Positions 36,863 to 47,121 of a DNA stretch of 64,000 nt are shown here, one piece after another. Position 1 is the first letter of the stretch. Each line of letters opens with the position of its first letter. The position numbers were made by a program, and so were the translations under genes. A model generated the notes under the pieces. It did no database searches, was not told the origin of the DNA, and saw only the letters and a list, made by a program, of their open reading frames with translations. The stretch is from Thermoplasmatota archaeon (GTDB taxonomy: Archaea > Thermoplasmatota > Thermoplasmata > UBA10834), in assembly GCA_040751795.1 (NCBI GenBank), contig JBFMHR010000005.1, forward strand, positions 192,001 through 256,000. The letters run 5' to 3'.

Positions 36863-38831
36863 TGCACCCAAAGGCGACTCTGAGAGGATGACGGAGAGCC
36901 TGTCGCTCACCGAGCTGCTCCGGCCCATCGGCTCGCTGGGGGAGGCCTCGAGGCCGTTCGTGCCCGTGCTGGGCGGGCCGAGGCTGTACCTGCTCCTCCT
37001 GTACGCGGCCGTGGTCATCGGCGCCTCGGTCGAGTTCTTCATGAGCCAGGAGCTCTGGTACGGGAGCTGGGAGGTCTACAACACATACGTCTTCGTGGTC
37101 TCCGGCTTCTTCGTCGCCATGGGAATAGCCATGCTGTTCCTGACCGCCGGGAAGGCCCCGGACGACGGGTTCAAGCTCCCGCTCTCGAAGGAGACCATGT
37201 GGGTCACGGGCCTCTTCACCCTCGTCACGACCGGCGTGGGCCTGGTCGCGCTCGGCGCCGACATAGGCGCATGGGCCGTGCTGCTCAGCGTCCTCATGGT
37301 CTCGGGCTTCGTCCTGATGGTGATGGGCATGAGGTCCATCTCAAACAGGGACAGCTTCTGGCTGGCCGTGTTCGGCTTCGGGGTGATACTGATGGTGCTG
37401 ATGCCCGTCCACGAGGCGTTCGACCTCGCCAGGAGCGAGGAGGGGGAGTACCCGTTCACCGGCCTGAACCTCTTCCTGATGGCCGCGGGCATGTCCACCT
37501 CGCTCCTCTCGCTGCAGTTCATGAAGACGAGGGACGGCTTCCTGGGGGCGTGGCTGATAGGCGCCATGGCCCTGTTCCTGCTGGCGTTCCACGAGCAGAC
37601 CGGGATCGTGTCGACGGGCACATACGAGCCCTACGACCGGAGCCTGGCCCTGATAGGGGTCGTCTTCTCGTTCCTGCCCCTGTTCATGTACCTCTGGAAG
37701 GAGAGGGAGTACTACTCGATGTGGTCGAAGCTGCGGAGGGCCGTGCACCTGATGCGCACCGGCGACTTCCCCGGCGCCCTGGTCCAGGCCGACGCCGCGG
37801 TACAGGAGAGCTCCGAGGCCGGCGTCTCGCACAAGTTCGCCGTCCCCTGGACCGTCAAGGGGGACGTCCTCTACCACATGAAGGAGTTCTCGAAGGCGAA
37901 GACCGCCTACGACCTCGCCCTCGAGATAGACCCCGACGACAGCACGACCTGGTGCCACCTGGCGAACATGTACGCCTTCGAGGGCAAGAGGGCCCTGGCC
38001 CTCGGCGCCTACGACAGGGCCATCCAGGCCGACCAGAGGAACTCGACCGCGTGGAACAACAAGGGCGCGGTCTTCAGCACACTGGACTGGCCCGAGGAGG
38101 CCCTCGCGTGCTTCAGCAGGGCCGTCGCCCTCGACCCGAGGAACTTCGACGCCTACATGAACCTGGCCAGGACCTACGTCAAGCTCGGCAGGAGCGACGA
38201 CGCGGTGATGAACTACCAGAAGGCCATAGAGATCAGGCCCAGGAGCAGGCTCGCGAGGGACGGCCTCCAGAGGGAGTTCTACAAGGGCATGTGCCTGGAC
38301 CAGATCCGCGGCTGGGAGGAGATGGGCCTCGATACCGCCCCGCTCAGGGCGCTCCTCGAGGAGGACCCCGCCAACTTCGAGCAGCGGTCCAAGCAGTTCC
38401 TCTCGGACATCATGGAGCAGAAGGCCCAGCTGGTCATCGGGGGCGGCGCGGACAAGTTCGACGTGAACGCCGCGATCAAGGCCGTGCTCACCGTGACCGC
38501 GGACAAGGGCGCCACCCTGGAGCGGATGATGAAGGAGACCAACCTCACGAGCGACCAGCTCGTCCTGCCGATCGCCCTCCTGATGAAGACGGAGAAGCTG
38601 CACTTCAAGAGGTCCGGGGCGCACGAGGTCTACGTGTCGAAGGGCAAGGCCCCCGACGCGCCGCCCCAGCCCCCGCCCGAGGAGGAGCCGCCCAAGAGGG
38701 TGTTCCCCCTCAGGAAGGAGAGGCCGCAGGAAGAGGAGGACGAGGAGCAGGTCGAGCCGACCGCCTCGGTCCTCGTGTTCGGCGGCAGGAAGAAGCCCAA
38801 GAAGAAGCGGCAGACGGGGCCCGGGTCCTAG
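36849..38831 (+). CDS. Polytopic membrane protein (~9 TM) with TPR repeats and a C-terminal wHTH-like domain
   Basis: Hydrophobic N-half; W..KG..L.....F..A..AYD.ALEIDP and AWNNKG...L....EAL..F..A..LDP TPRs; tail ATLERMMKETNLTSDQLVLPIALLMKTEKLHF; 14-bp overlap with the upstream gene. Confidence 0.8.
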   Translation: MEVPDAPKGDSERMTESLSLTELLRPIGSLGEASRPFVPVLGGPRLYLLLLYAAVVIGASVEFFMSQELWYGSWEVYNTYVFVVSGFFVAMGIAMLFLTAGKAPDDGFKLPLSKETMWVTGLFTLVTTGVGLVALGADIGAWAVLLSVLMVSGFVLMVMGMRSISNRDSFWLAVFGFGVILMVLMPVHEAFDLARSEEGEYPFTGLNLFLMAAGMSTSLLSLQFMKTRDGFLGAWLIGAMALFLLAFHEQTGIVSTGTYEPYDRSLALIGVVFSFLPLFMYLWKEREYYSMWSKLRRAVHLMRTGDFPGALVQADAAVQESSEAGVSHKFAVPWTVKGDVLYHMKEFSKAKTAYDLALEIDPDDSTTWCHLANMYAFEGKRALALGAYDRAIQADQRNSTAWNNKGAVFSTLDWPEEALACFSRAVALDPRNFDAYMNLARTYVKLGRSDDAVMNYQKAIEIRPRSRLARDGLQREFYKGMCLDQIRGWEEMGLDTAPLRALLEEDPANFEQRSKQFLSDIMEQKAQLVIGGGADKFDVNAAIKAVLTVTADKGATLERMMKETNLTSDQLVLPIALLMKTEKLHFKRSGAHEVYVSKGKAPDAPPQPPPEEEPPKRVFPLRKERPQEEEDEEQVEPTASVLVFGGRKKPKKKRQTGPGS

Positions 38832-39715
38832 ATCTGGACCTTCCCCTTCTTCAGCAGCGTCTGCAGCGCCTCGTCCGCGGCCCTGTCCTTCTTGTCCCTG
38901 TCGTCCAGGGCCTTCCGGGTGGCGAGGTTGACGTCCCTTATGGCGTTCCTCTCCTCCCGGACCTCGGCGCGCTTCTGGTCCTTGATCTCTATGACCTTCC
39001 CGCGGAGCTCCATCGCCTTCTGGTGGACGGCGTCGGCCTCCTCCCTCAGCTTGATGAACTCCTCGTGCTTCTTGTTGGCCGCCCCGGAGAGGGCCGCGAT
39101 CTCCTTCGCGTGGGTCTGGGCCTCCTCGTGGAACCTGTGCTGCTCCTCCGAGAGGCGCACGACCTCCGAGTGCTCCTTGTCCGCGAACTTGAAGAGGGCG
39201 TCTATGCTCGCGTCGACGTCCTTGACCTCCTTCTGGATCTTCTCCTGCTCCGCGAGGATCTTCTTCAGCCTCTCGACGTCGGCGGCGCGGGCCTTGATCT
39301 TCTCGAGGAGGTCCCTCTCCTCCGCGAGCTTGAGCGGGACGGTCTGCTGCCTCAGCTCCAGGGCCTTGATGTCCGCCTCGGCGACCCTGACCTCGGTCCT
39401 GAGGTCGCCCATGGGCTTCCCCCTGAGCTTCCTCTTGAACTCGATGAGCTCCTTGGCCTTGGCCTGGAGCTCGTCCCTCTTCTTCTTGTGGGCCCGCATC
39501 TCCGCGACCGCTGCGTCCCTCTTGTCCCGGGCCGCGTTCATCGGCCCCTGCAGCTCCTTCCTCTTGTCGTGTAGCGAGTCCCTCTCGGACCTGGCGATCG
39601 CCGCGAGCTCGTTTATCTCGTCGCGCTTGTTCAGGAACGCCCTGAACTTCAGCTCCGCGCTGTCGAGCTCGCTGATCTTCTTCTTCTTCGATGGAGACTC
39701 TCTCTTGGTCTTCAT
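38828..39715 (-). CDS. Archaeal coiled-coil protein (COG1340-like)
   Basis: KRDE.N...RD.L; LE..QQT..L....E..L..KI; ADAVH; KKGKV ending; promoter-like CTTATAAC upstream. Confidence 0.8.
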   Translation of the reverse strand: MKTKRESPSKKKKISELDSAELKFRAFLNKRDEINELAAIARSERDSLHDKRKELQGPMNAARDKRDAAVAEMRAHKKKRDELQAKAKELIEFKRKLRGKPMGDLRTEVRVAEADIKALELRQQTVPLKLAEERDLLEKIKARAADVERLKKILAEQEKIQKEVKDVDASIDALFKFADKEHSEVVRLSEEQHRFHEEAQTHAKEIAALSGAANKKHEEFIKLREEADAVHQKAMELRGKVIEIKDQKRAEVREERNAIRDVNLATRKALDDRDKKDRAADEALQTLLKKGKVQI

Positions 39716-40168
39716 TCGGACCCGCCAGGCCAGATAATACGGCAGGGGATAATGGCACCGGGTTATAAGGGTTGCTCAGGTCCTCGGGATGGTTCAGGCC
39801 CGCCGGAGCGCGCGCAAGCCGTCAGCTCCTCGATGCTGAAGGCAGGCATCCCATGGAATGGCCGCAGACAGGCTACGCGCGAAAGCAAGTGCTATATACT
39901 CCGGGTATCTAGCCTCATCCATCAACTCCCCAGTATGACTCCCTCTTGGAATCGGAGGAATGCTGGGTTCCATTTCATCGAGACTGGATCGTGGTCTTCA
40001 GGGCGGGGGGACTGGTGCAGTGGAGACGATTGCATTCATGGACGGTGATGATCTCCATCATAGCACCCCCGTCCATGGTCTTCGCCCAGGGCCAGTCGAC
40101 CGCGCGACGCTAACCCGATTGCCCACCCTCACAGGGCCGCGACAATCCGCTGCGGTGAGACATCCAAG

Positions 40169-41239
40169 TCACGGCTCATGCATGAGCGCGATGCCCGTGC
40201 CAGGTCCGGAGGGCGCCTTCAGCTTCCCATCTATGAACTCGAGCCCCGACGACGGGTCGTCGATGATGTTGAAGTGTGAGTCTAGGTCGGCGTACCTCAC
40301 GTTGTCCGAGCTGAGGACGAAGTGCAGCCCAGCGGCGATGGAGAGCTGTATCTCCCCCATGCAGCCGACCATGGTCCCGATCCCGGCTTCTGCCGCGAGC
40401 CTGTTGATGACGATGGCGTCGTGGATGCCAGCGCTCTTCATGAGCTTGATGTTGATGAGGTCGACGGCTCGCTCCTTGATGACCCTCTTCGCGTCCGCAA
40501 CGTCCTTGACGCACTCGTCGGCCATTATCGGGACGGGGCTCCTCTCCTTGACCTTCTTCAGTCCGGCGTAGTCCTCGGCCTTCACGGGCTGCTCCACGAG
40601 GACGACGTCCAGCGTCTTCATAGCCTCGCACAGCTCCAGCGCCTGCTCGACGGTGTAGCCCTGGTTCCCGTCGACCCTGAGCTGGACCATCGGCCCGACC
40701 GCGTCACGGACCGCCGCGACCCTCCTGATGTCATCCTCCAGGTCCAGGCCGACCTTCACCTTCAGCGCCCTGAACCCCTCCTTGTAGTGCTTAAGGGCGC
40801 GCTGGACCGTGACCTCCTTCGACTCGATCCCGATGGTCATGTCGGTGAGGACGCTGTCCCCCCTGGAGCCGCCGAGGTACCTGTGCAACGGCTTCTTCTC
40901 CCTCTTGCTGAGGAGGTCGTACACGGCCATGTCCACCGCGGCCTTGGCCGAGGTGTTCCCCGGCGCGATGGCGTCGAGCCTCCTGTGCAGGCCGGAGAGG
41001 TCCGTCTCGTCCGTGCCGACCAGTTTCTTGGCCGCCTTGGCCAGATAGGCCTCGACGGACCCGACCGTCTCGTGAGTGACGTCGGTCGGGGAGGCGGCGC
41101 CGACGCCGTACCCGTCCCCCGAGACGACCTTGACCATGATGTTCTCCGCGGTGTCGGATGTGCCCGTCGCGATCCTGAAGGTGCACCTGCGCTGGTTGAT
41201 GAAGGTCCTGGTCTGAATGGAGTCTATCGTGGCCCGCAC
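40169..41239 (-). CDS. Dipeptide epimerase (L-Ala-D/L-Glu epimerase family, enolase superfamily)
   Basis: KAAVDMAVYD; LKVKVG; RVDGNQG; VEQPV; MADE; NIKLMK; MVGCMGE; DLD. Confidence 0.9.
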   Translation of the reverse strand: MRATIDSIQTRTFINQRRCTFRIATGTSDTAENIMVKVVSGDGYGVGAASPTDVTHETVGSVEAYLAKAAKKLVGTDETDLSGLHRRLDAIAPGNTSAKAAVDMAVYDLLSKREKKPLHRYLGGSRGDSVLTDMTIGIESKEVTVQRALKHYKEGFRALKVKVGLDLEDDIRRVAAVRDAVGPMVQLRVDGNQGYTVEQALELCEAMKTLDVVLVEQPVKAEDYAGLKKVKERSPVPIMADECVKDVADAKRVIKERAVDLINIKLMKSAGIHDAIVINRLAAEAGIGTMVGCMGEIQLSIAAGLHFVLSSDNVRYADLDSHFNIIDDPSSGLEFIDGKLKAPSGPGTGIALMHEP

Positions 41240-42108
41240 CCCCTCTCGAAGAGCTTCACCGCGTTGATGTCCTTAGGGAGGCCGATGCTCTGCGCGACCG
41301 GCGCGCACTTGGTCCTGAGCAGGTAGGCGATGGGCGCGAGGTCCGTCTCGGAGAGGGACTCGAAGTTGGCCATGCCCTTGGCGATGACCAGGTCCTTCGC
41401 CCTGAGCATGTCGCCGAAGCCGCCGTCCATGGAGTCCAGGTCTATGCCGACCGCGAAGCCGGGAGCCTCGACGACCTCGTCGACCAGCTCCTCCAGCCCG
41501 AGCCCACCGATGTCCCTCATGGTCACGTCGGTGAGGATGGGCTCCTCCTTGAGCACGAGCGTGACCCTCGCCCCGAGCCCCTTCAGCTGCCTCAGTGCGA
41601 GCCTGTCGAACACGACCTCCCCGCAGTTGTCCAGGAGGTACGCGACCTCGGCGCCCTTCCCGAGCAGCCTCCTGATCGCGGGGGTGTCGTCGTGCCCCAG
41701 CCCCTCGGCGAGCAGGCCCCTGAACTCGGTCCTGAGCTTGCCAGGGTGGTCGAAGCCGGTCCCGATGCCGAAGTCCAGCACGTTCCCGACGACGGCGCAG
41801 AGGAAGGACGTCCTCAGCTTGTCCCTGGACTTCGACACGAGCCTCTCGGCGGCCGGGTAGAGCTCCAGGGCGACCTCGTTGCTCTTCGCCTTCAGCCCCT
41901 TGTAGGGGTCGTCGTCTCCCAATATCCTGTAGACTCCCTTGTGGACATCCGTGGCCACCGTGGCCGAGCAGACGCCCTCCCCGAAGAGCCTGCCGAGCTC
42001 GGCGGAGGCGTACTTCACCGTCTCCACCGACTTGGAGGGGTCGACCTCCATGGTCTCGAAGAGGACCCTGCGTATCAGGCAGGGCACGCACTCGGGGCTC
42101 ATCCTCAT
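41224..42108 (-). CDS. DUF89/ARMT1-like damage-control phosphatase
   Basis: ECVPC; DPYK..K...N; GNVLDFG; DNCGEVVFD; IAKGMANFESL; KC.PVA. Confidence 0.9.
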   Translation of the reverse strand: MRMSPECVPCLIRRVLFETMEVDPSKSVETVKYASAELGRLFGEGVCSATVATDVHKGVYRILGDDDPYKGLKAKSNEVALELYPAAERLVSKSRDKLRTSFLCAVVGNVLDFGIGTGFDHPGKLRTEFRGLLAEGLGHDDTPAIRRLLGKGAEVAYLLDNCGEVVFDRLALRQLKGLGARVTLVLKEEPILTDVTMRDIGGLGLEELVDEVVEAPGFAVGIDLDSMDGGFGDMLRAKDLVIAKGMANFESLSETDLAPIAYLLRTKCAPVAQSIGLPKDINAVKLFERGCGPR

Positions 42109-42241
42109 GGCGGCGCGGGAATCTCGCTACACGGATTTAACAGGTCTGGAACTACCCTAGCGCCTCCCGCTGATACCCAGCACCTCAGTTTGATATGGGA
42201 CGTCAACGTTCACAGCCTGGCGAGTCCGGACAGGGTGCCCC

Positions 42242-43201
42242 ATGAAGGTCTCGGTGCGCAGGATGACGGTCGAGGACATCCCCGACGTGAAGAGGGTCGA
42301 CCTCCTCTCCTTCCAGGAGCTGGTGGAGGCGAGGCACCCCGATGTCAGGAGGATCACCCCCAGGACCGACGACAACCTCCTGTCCTACATGCGCTCGGAC
42401 CCCGAGGGCGCGTTCGTCGCGCTGGGGGACCACGCGGGCATCATAGGCTCCTCGTTCTCGCACATATGGGGCAAGACCGGCTGGGTCGGCCCCGTCTCCG
42501 TCCTCCCCGCCTACCAGGGGAAGGGCGTCGGGAAGGAGCTGGTGAAGCGCTCGCTCGAGTACCTCGACCAGGCGGGCTGCTCGGACATAGGGCTCGAGAC
42601 GATGCCCGAGAACCAGGTCAACATCGGGATGTACATGCGCATTGGGCTCAAGCCCGCCGGCCTCGTGCTGATGATGGGCAAGGGGCTGACGGAGGGCGGC
42701 ATCGACGACGTCCCGGACGACGACGCCATGATCGAGAGGCTCTCCGAGAGCAGGGCGAAGGAGTCCCTCCTCGGCCAGATGCGGAAGCTCTCCGACTCGG
42801 TCCAGCCGGGCCTGGACTACACCCGCGAGGCGGTCCTCACCCAGGACCACGCCTCGGGCGAGACCCTCCTCGCCCTGGACGGCAATAGGCTCCTGGGCTT
42901 CTCCATTGTCCACACTCACCCCAGACGCGAGAGGATGCAGAACGCCGTGGTGAAGGCGCTGGTGGTCTCCCCGGGCGCGGGGACGGACCCGCTGATACCG
43001 CTCATAGCGGCCTCGGAGCTGCTCGCCCTGGACGACAGGTCCGCGGAGCTCTCGGTGCCGGTCCCCGCCATGTGCACGAGGGCGGTGGACGCCCTCCTGT
43101 CCAGGGGGTACTCGGTCGCTCAGACCTACGAGAGGATGATGTGGCTCGGCACTTCGGGCATGTCCGAGAGGGTGTACAACCTCTGCTCGTGGTCGGGCTG
43201 A
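42242..43201 (+). CDS. GNAT-family N-acetyltransferase (tandem GNAT)
   Basis: GPVSVLPAYQGKGVGKEL acetyl-CoA motif A; Y...G. Confidence 0.85.
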   Translation: MKVSVRRMTVEDIPDVKRVDLLSFQELVEARHPDVRRITPRTDDNLLSYMRSDPEGAFVALGDHAGIIGSSFSHIWGKTGWVGPVSVLPAYQGKGVGKELVKRSLEYLDQAGCSDIGLETMPENQVNIGMYMRIGLKPAGLVLMMGKGLTEGGIDDVPDDDAMIERLSESRAKESLLGQMRKLSDSVQPGLDYTREAVLTQDHASGETLLALDGNRLLGFSIVHTHPRRERMQNAVVKALVVSPGAGTDPLIPLIAASELLALDDRSAELSVPVPAMCTRAVDALLSRGYSVAQTYERMMWLGTSGMSERVYNLCSWSG

Positions 43202-43202
43202 G

Positions 43203-44303
43203 TCACTTCAGTATCCCGAGCTGGCCCAGCTTCTCAGGGAGGTAGGTGTCCGTCACGTAGTCGAGGCCGTACTTCGCCAGCGCCTGCTGCTCCGCCTTCT
43301 TGCCGATCTCGAGCATCAGGTCGATCTCGTGCTTCCAGAACTCGTCCTTGAACCTCGGGTCGGTCTTCTCCGCGTTGAGCGCCTGGATGTCCTTGTCGTT
43401 GAGCTTGTCCGTGGGGAGTTCGTAGTTCAGGATGTCCGAGGCGGTGATGCCCACGAACTCGGCCGTGGGCGTGGCCAGGTACTCCGATATGTGGGCGGTC
43501 TTGATGGCGCCGTAGGCGATGGACGCGTGGATCCTGAAGCTCCAGGGGTCGCCGTCCGTGAAGGTGACGACGGGCAGCTTCATCTCCTCGTTCAGCCGCT
43601 TGATGAACCTGCGCGTGCTCCTCGCCGGCTGCCCCTTGAGGTGCACTATGACCGCGTGGGCCTCCTCGTCGAACTTGTTCTCCACCAGCCTGTCGAACAT
43701 ACCGCCCGTCTCGATGGCTATGATGAAGTCCGCGTCGCAGTCCACGAACTCTATCTTCTCCTTCTCGACGTTGTACGGGACGCCGTACCCCGAGTCGCCG
43801 ACGTCGTCCCTGCAGTTGATCTTCTTCTTCTTGCCCTTCCTGTCCGTCTCCTGGATCGTGATGTTGCCCATGACCCTCGCGCCGTCCTCCTCGGGCCTGA
43901 GCTTGAAGTCCTCCCTCATGCAGCCGGTGATGATCTCGAGGTCCTCCGCGAGCATGTTGGACTCGTCCTGCGCGGAGAACTTCGCCTTGGGCCACCCCTC
44001 GGATATGTAGTACATCTCCCTGAGGGTCGAGCTCTTGCTGTCCTTTATCATGTCCTCGATGAACTCGAGCATGTACATGGTGCGGAGGAGCATCTGGGCG
44101 CCCGTGAGCTTCTTTGCCGACCTCGCCCCCATCGCCTTCCCGTACTTCCACACGGCGGCCTTGTGGTCGAACCTGATGTTGCTCTTGGTCCTGAGGGGGA
44201 TCATCATCTTGGGGATCTTCCCGCCGTCCAGCTGGTCGTAGACCTCCTGGGCTATCCCGGTGAGCTGCTCGACGGCCCTCTGGTGCCTCTCGCTATTCTT
44301 CAT
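43203..44303 (-). CDS. top6A: DNA topoisomerase VI subunit A
   Basis: STLREMYY catalytic Tyr; F..QDES; IETGG; KGQP.R.TR; DGDP; KAEQQAL. Confidence 0.97.
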   Translation of the reverse strand: MKNSERHQRAVEQLTGIAQEVYDQLDGGKIPKMMIPLRTKSNIRFDHKAAVWKYGKAMGARSAKKLTGAQMLLRTMYMLEFIEDMIKDSKSSTLREMYYISEGWPKAKFSAQDESNMLAEDLEIITGCMREDFKLRPEEDGARVMGNITIQETDRKGKKKKINCRDDVGDSGYGVPYNVEKEKIEFVDCDADFIIAIETGGMFDRLVENKFDEEAHAVIVHLKGQPARSTRRFIKRLNEEMKLPVVTFTDGDPWSFRIHASIAYGAIKTAHISEYLATPTAEFVGITASDILNYELPTDKLNDKDIQALNAEKTDPRFKDEFWKHEIDLMLEIGKKAEQQALAKYGLDYVTDTYLPEKLGQLGILK

Positions 44304-46281
44304 CCTTGATCACCTCCGCCCCCTCGTCGTAGTCGACCTCGCCCTCCTCGGCCGCGGCCCCCTCCTCGACGGGCAGCTCGCCCGTGATCTTGAGGTGCTC
44401 CAGGTCCCAGTCGCCGGGCAGCACGTCCACGCCGATCACCGACGCTGCGTCTATGCCGCTGACGTAGACCTCGTTCTCGTCGTACTCCTCCTGGGTGAGC
44501 CCGTGGATGTCGAACTTCAGCTCGAACACATCCGTCGAGGCGATGCGCTTGACGTCCCAGGTGACCTTGTTCCCCTCCCGGATCTCGAGCGGCTCAAGCG
44601 TGAGCGTCTTCGGGTCGACCTTGTCGAACGGCACAACCATGTGCAGGTGGAATCCCTGGGACTTCGGCGTGTAGTTGAAGATCCGCACCAGCACGTGGTG
44701 CCTCTTCTTCTCGAAGGCGACCTCGTCGTCTATCCACACCACGTTCATGATCTTGGTGATGGTCCCGGCGAGCTCGGGGACCGGCTTCCCCACGATCTTG
44801 GCGCTCTTCTCGGCTATCATGGGTATGATGTCCTGGACGATCTCGAACTTGACCTTGGCCTTGCTCTTCTTCTCGGCCTTGTTGAGGTGGGTCTTGAGGC
44901 GCCTTGCGCACGCCTTGAGGGCGAGCTCGATCTCCTCCTTGATCTCGGGGATGTTCGCGACGGCCTCCTTCGACTCCGAGGTGAATGGTATCTTGGTCGA
45001 CGCGAGGTGGACCATGATGATGGCCGGGCCGAAAGGTATGCCGCTGCCACCCCTCTGCTCGAGCCCGTACCTCCTCCAGTCGACGTTCTCTATCGCCTGG
45101 GTCGTGGCGCAGGCGCCCTGCTGGTACATCAGCGGGACCCGGTTGGCGAACCTGAGTATCTGGACCGGCTCCTCCTTGCTCAGCTCCCCGCCGTAGACTA
45201 TCCCGACCTCGACTATGAACGGGTTGCCCGCGTAGACCTTGGGCTCCCTGGTGACCGGGGGGGCGTAGAACTCGGCCTTGACCTCCCCCAGCACGTTCTT
45301 CAGCCCCTTCCGGATTAGCGTCTCGCCTATCGGGGAGAGGCAGTCCGTCTCGGGGGCCATGATCTTGACCTTCTTGATGGCGTCGAGGACGGCGCCGGCC
45401 TGCTCGAGCGTGAGCTTTCCGGGGCTCTGCTCCGGAGGCACCCCGGCAAGCTCGCAGATCTCCTTGGCGACCCTGTTGGATATCCTCGAGAACTCGGAGC
45501 TCAGGAAGCTGGTCATCCTGAGCGACTCGGTGTATTTCGCCATGCTCAGGAGCTCGCCGAGCTCCACGCCCTCGGGGTGGGGCATGACCGGCTTCGTGGG
45601 CGGCGGCACCTGGTCCGAGGCGCGCTCGAAGACTATGGGGGCGCCCTCCGGAGGCACGAACGTGATCCTTGCGTGCGGGTTGACGATGGCGGTGCCCTTG
45701 AGGTACTCGAACACGGACTGCTTCCCGCCGATGTACTTGCCCTTGAGGTGCACCTGTATGCTGGTCCCGTGCTCCCGGTCCCAGATGACCCTGTCCTCCC
45801 TCAGCCTGTCGGGCCTGTTCTTCTTGGTGTCCAGGATGAGGTCGCACTCGTAGGCGGTGTCCTCGTCCGATATCTTCGACCGGACGGTCGCTGCCTTGCC
45901 CGTGGTGAGCTGGCTGTACATGACGACGGCGGAGACGCCTATGCCCTGCTGCCCCCTCCGCTGCGCCCTCGTGTGGAACCTGGAGCCGTACAGGAGCCTC
46001 GCGAAGACGTTGGGGACCTGGGCCTTGACTATCCCGGGGCCGTTGTCCTCCACCGTCAGCTTGTACTCGGTGTTGTCGATCTTCTCTATCTTGACCATGA
46101 GGTCCGGGAGTATGCTCGCGTCCTCGCACGCGTCGAGGCTGTTGTCCACAGCCTCCTTGACAGAGGTGATGAGCGCGCGCGTGAGCGAGTCGAACCCGAG
46201 TATCTGCTTGTTCTTCTCGAAGAACTCGGAGACGGAGATCTCCTTCTGGTTCTTCGCAAGCTCATGGGCTATCGATGCCAA
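44293..46281 (-). CDS. top6B: DNA topoisomerase VI subunit B with C-terminal extension
   Basis: TTG start; EFFEKN...LGF; [10 protein letters not shown]; EDNGPGI; LYGSRF...RGQQGIG; RFANRVPL; P.TSESKE. Confidence 0.97.
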   Translation of the reverse strand: MASIAHELAKNQKEISVSEFFEKNKQILGFDSLTRALITSVKEAVDNSLDACEDASILPDLMVKIEKIDNTEYKLTVEDNGPGIVKAQVPNVFARLLYGSRFHTRAQRRGQQGIGVSAVVMYSQLTTGKAATVRSKISDEDTAYECDLILDTKKNRPDRLREDRVIWDREHGTSIQVHLKGKYIGGKQSVFEYLKGTAIVNPHARITFVPPEGAPIVFERASDQVPPPTKPVMPHPEGVELGELLSMAKYTESLRMTSFLSSEFSRISNRVAKEICELAGVPPEQSPGKLTLEQAGAVLDAIKKVKIMAPETDCLSPIGETLIRKGLKNVLGEVKAEFYAPPVTREPKVYAGNPFIVEVGIVYGGELSKEEPVQILRFANRVPLMYQQGACATTQAIENVDWRRYGLEQRGGSGIPFGPAIIMVHLASTKIPFTSESKEAVANIPEIKEEIELALKACARRLKTHLNKAEKKSKAKVKFEIVQDIIPMIAEKSAKIVGKPVPELAGTITKIMNVVWIDDEVAFEKKRHHVLVRIFNYTPKSQGFHLHMVVPFDKVDPKTLTLEPLEIREGNKVTWDVKRIASTDVFELKFDIHGLTQEEYDENEVYVSGIDAASVIGVDVLPGDWDLEHLKITGELPVEEGAAAEEGEVDYDEGAEVIKDEE

Positions 46282-46383
46282 TCGTTCCCGCCTCCACAAG
46301 GAAGCCAATGCCGGGCGGCGCGCCCGAGTGCATCCCAGATGCTCCCAATAGCGTCCTGGAATAAAAAAGTGTTGCGAGGCTGG

Positions 46384-47040
46384 TCAGGGCCCTGCGCCCT
46401 CGTAGGCCATGTACAGCTCCCCGGAGGAGACGCGCGAGCGGAAGCCGTGGAGGAGCACGAGGAGCGCGACGACGAAGGCAGCGCTCAGGATGATCGCTAC
46501 GTAGAAGGGGAGCACGACGTGAGTGCCGGACATCAGGCTCATCAGCCCCCATGCCAGGGGGCTCAGGGGGGCGATCGCGGCCCCGGCGGCCACGGCTACC
46601 TTCCAGTCCACGCGGACGATGAGGAGCAGCGCCGCAACGATCGTGGCGAAGATCAGCAGGGCGGCGAATGAGTACATCTCAATTGAGAACTCCCTCAGCG
46701 TGTAGTGGTCCTCGGCCCTCTCGTACAGGAAGGCGAAGTCTATGAACCCGCCCGCGACGGCGACCGCGGCCCCTGCCAGGACGATCAAGCCCACGAACGT
46801 GCCCGGGTCGAGCGGGGCGTCCCCGATCCTGCCATCCCTGAGGCGCATCGCCACATAGACCGCGAGGGCCATCAGGAACAGGTCCCAGCCGAAGTTCATG
46901 GCGATGAGCGTCACGATGCCGGTGAACGGGTCCTCCAGCCTCGGCTCGATGCTGATGTTCGCGGACACGGCGGACGGGACCAACATGAGGGCCGAGAGCG
47001 CCATGAGGAAGAGCGCGGACCCCTTTCTCGCGAGCTCCAT
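46384..47040 (-). CDS. Hypothetical membrane protein
   Basis: Signal peptide plus ~5 hydrophobic helices. Confidence 0.7.
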   Translation of the reverse strand: MELARKGSALFLMALSALMLVPSAVSANISIEPRLEDPFTGIVTLIAMNFGWDLFLMALAVYVAMRLRDGRIGDAPLDPGTFVGLIVLAGAAVAVAGGFIDFAFLYERAEDHYTLREFSIEMYSFAALLIFATIVAALLLIVRVDWKVAVAAGAAIAPLSPLAWGLMSLMSGTHVVLPFYVAIILSAAFVVALLVLLHGFRSRVSSGELYMAYEGAGP

Positions 47041-47121
47041 CTCCCCACCACCCTCAGAGGCTACAGGTCTCCGAACGGGCTCGGGGGTATTTCAATCGTG
47101 GGGTGACATGTCTGGGCGGGG

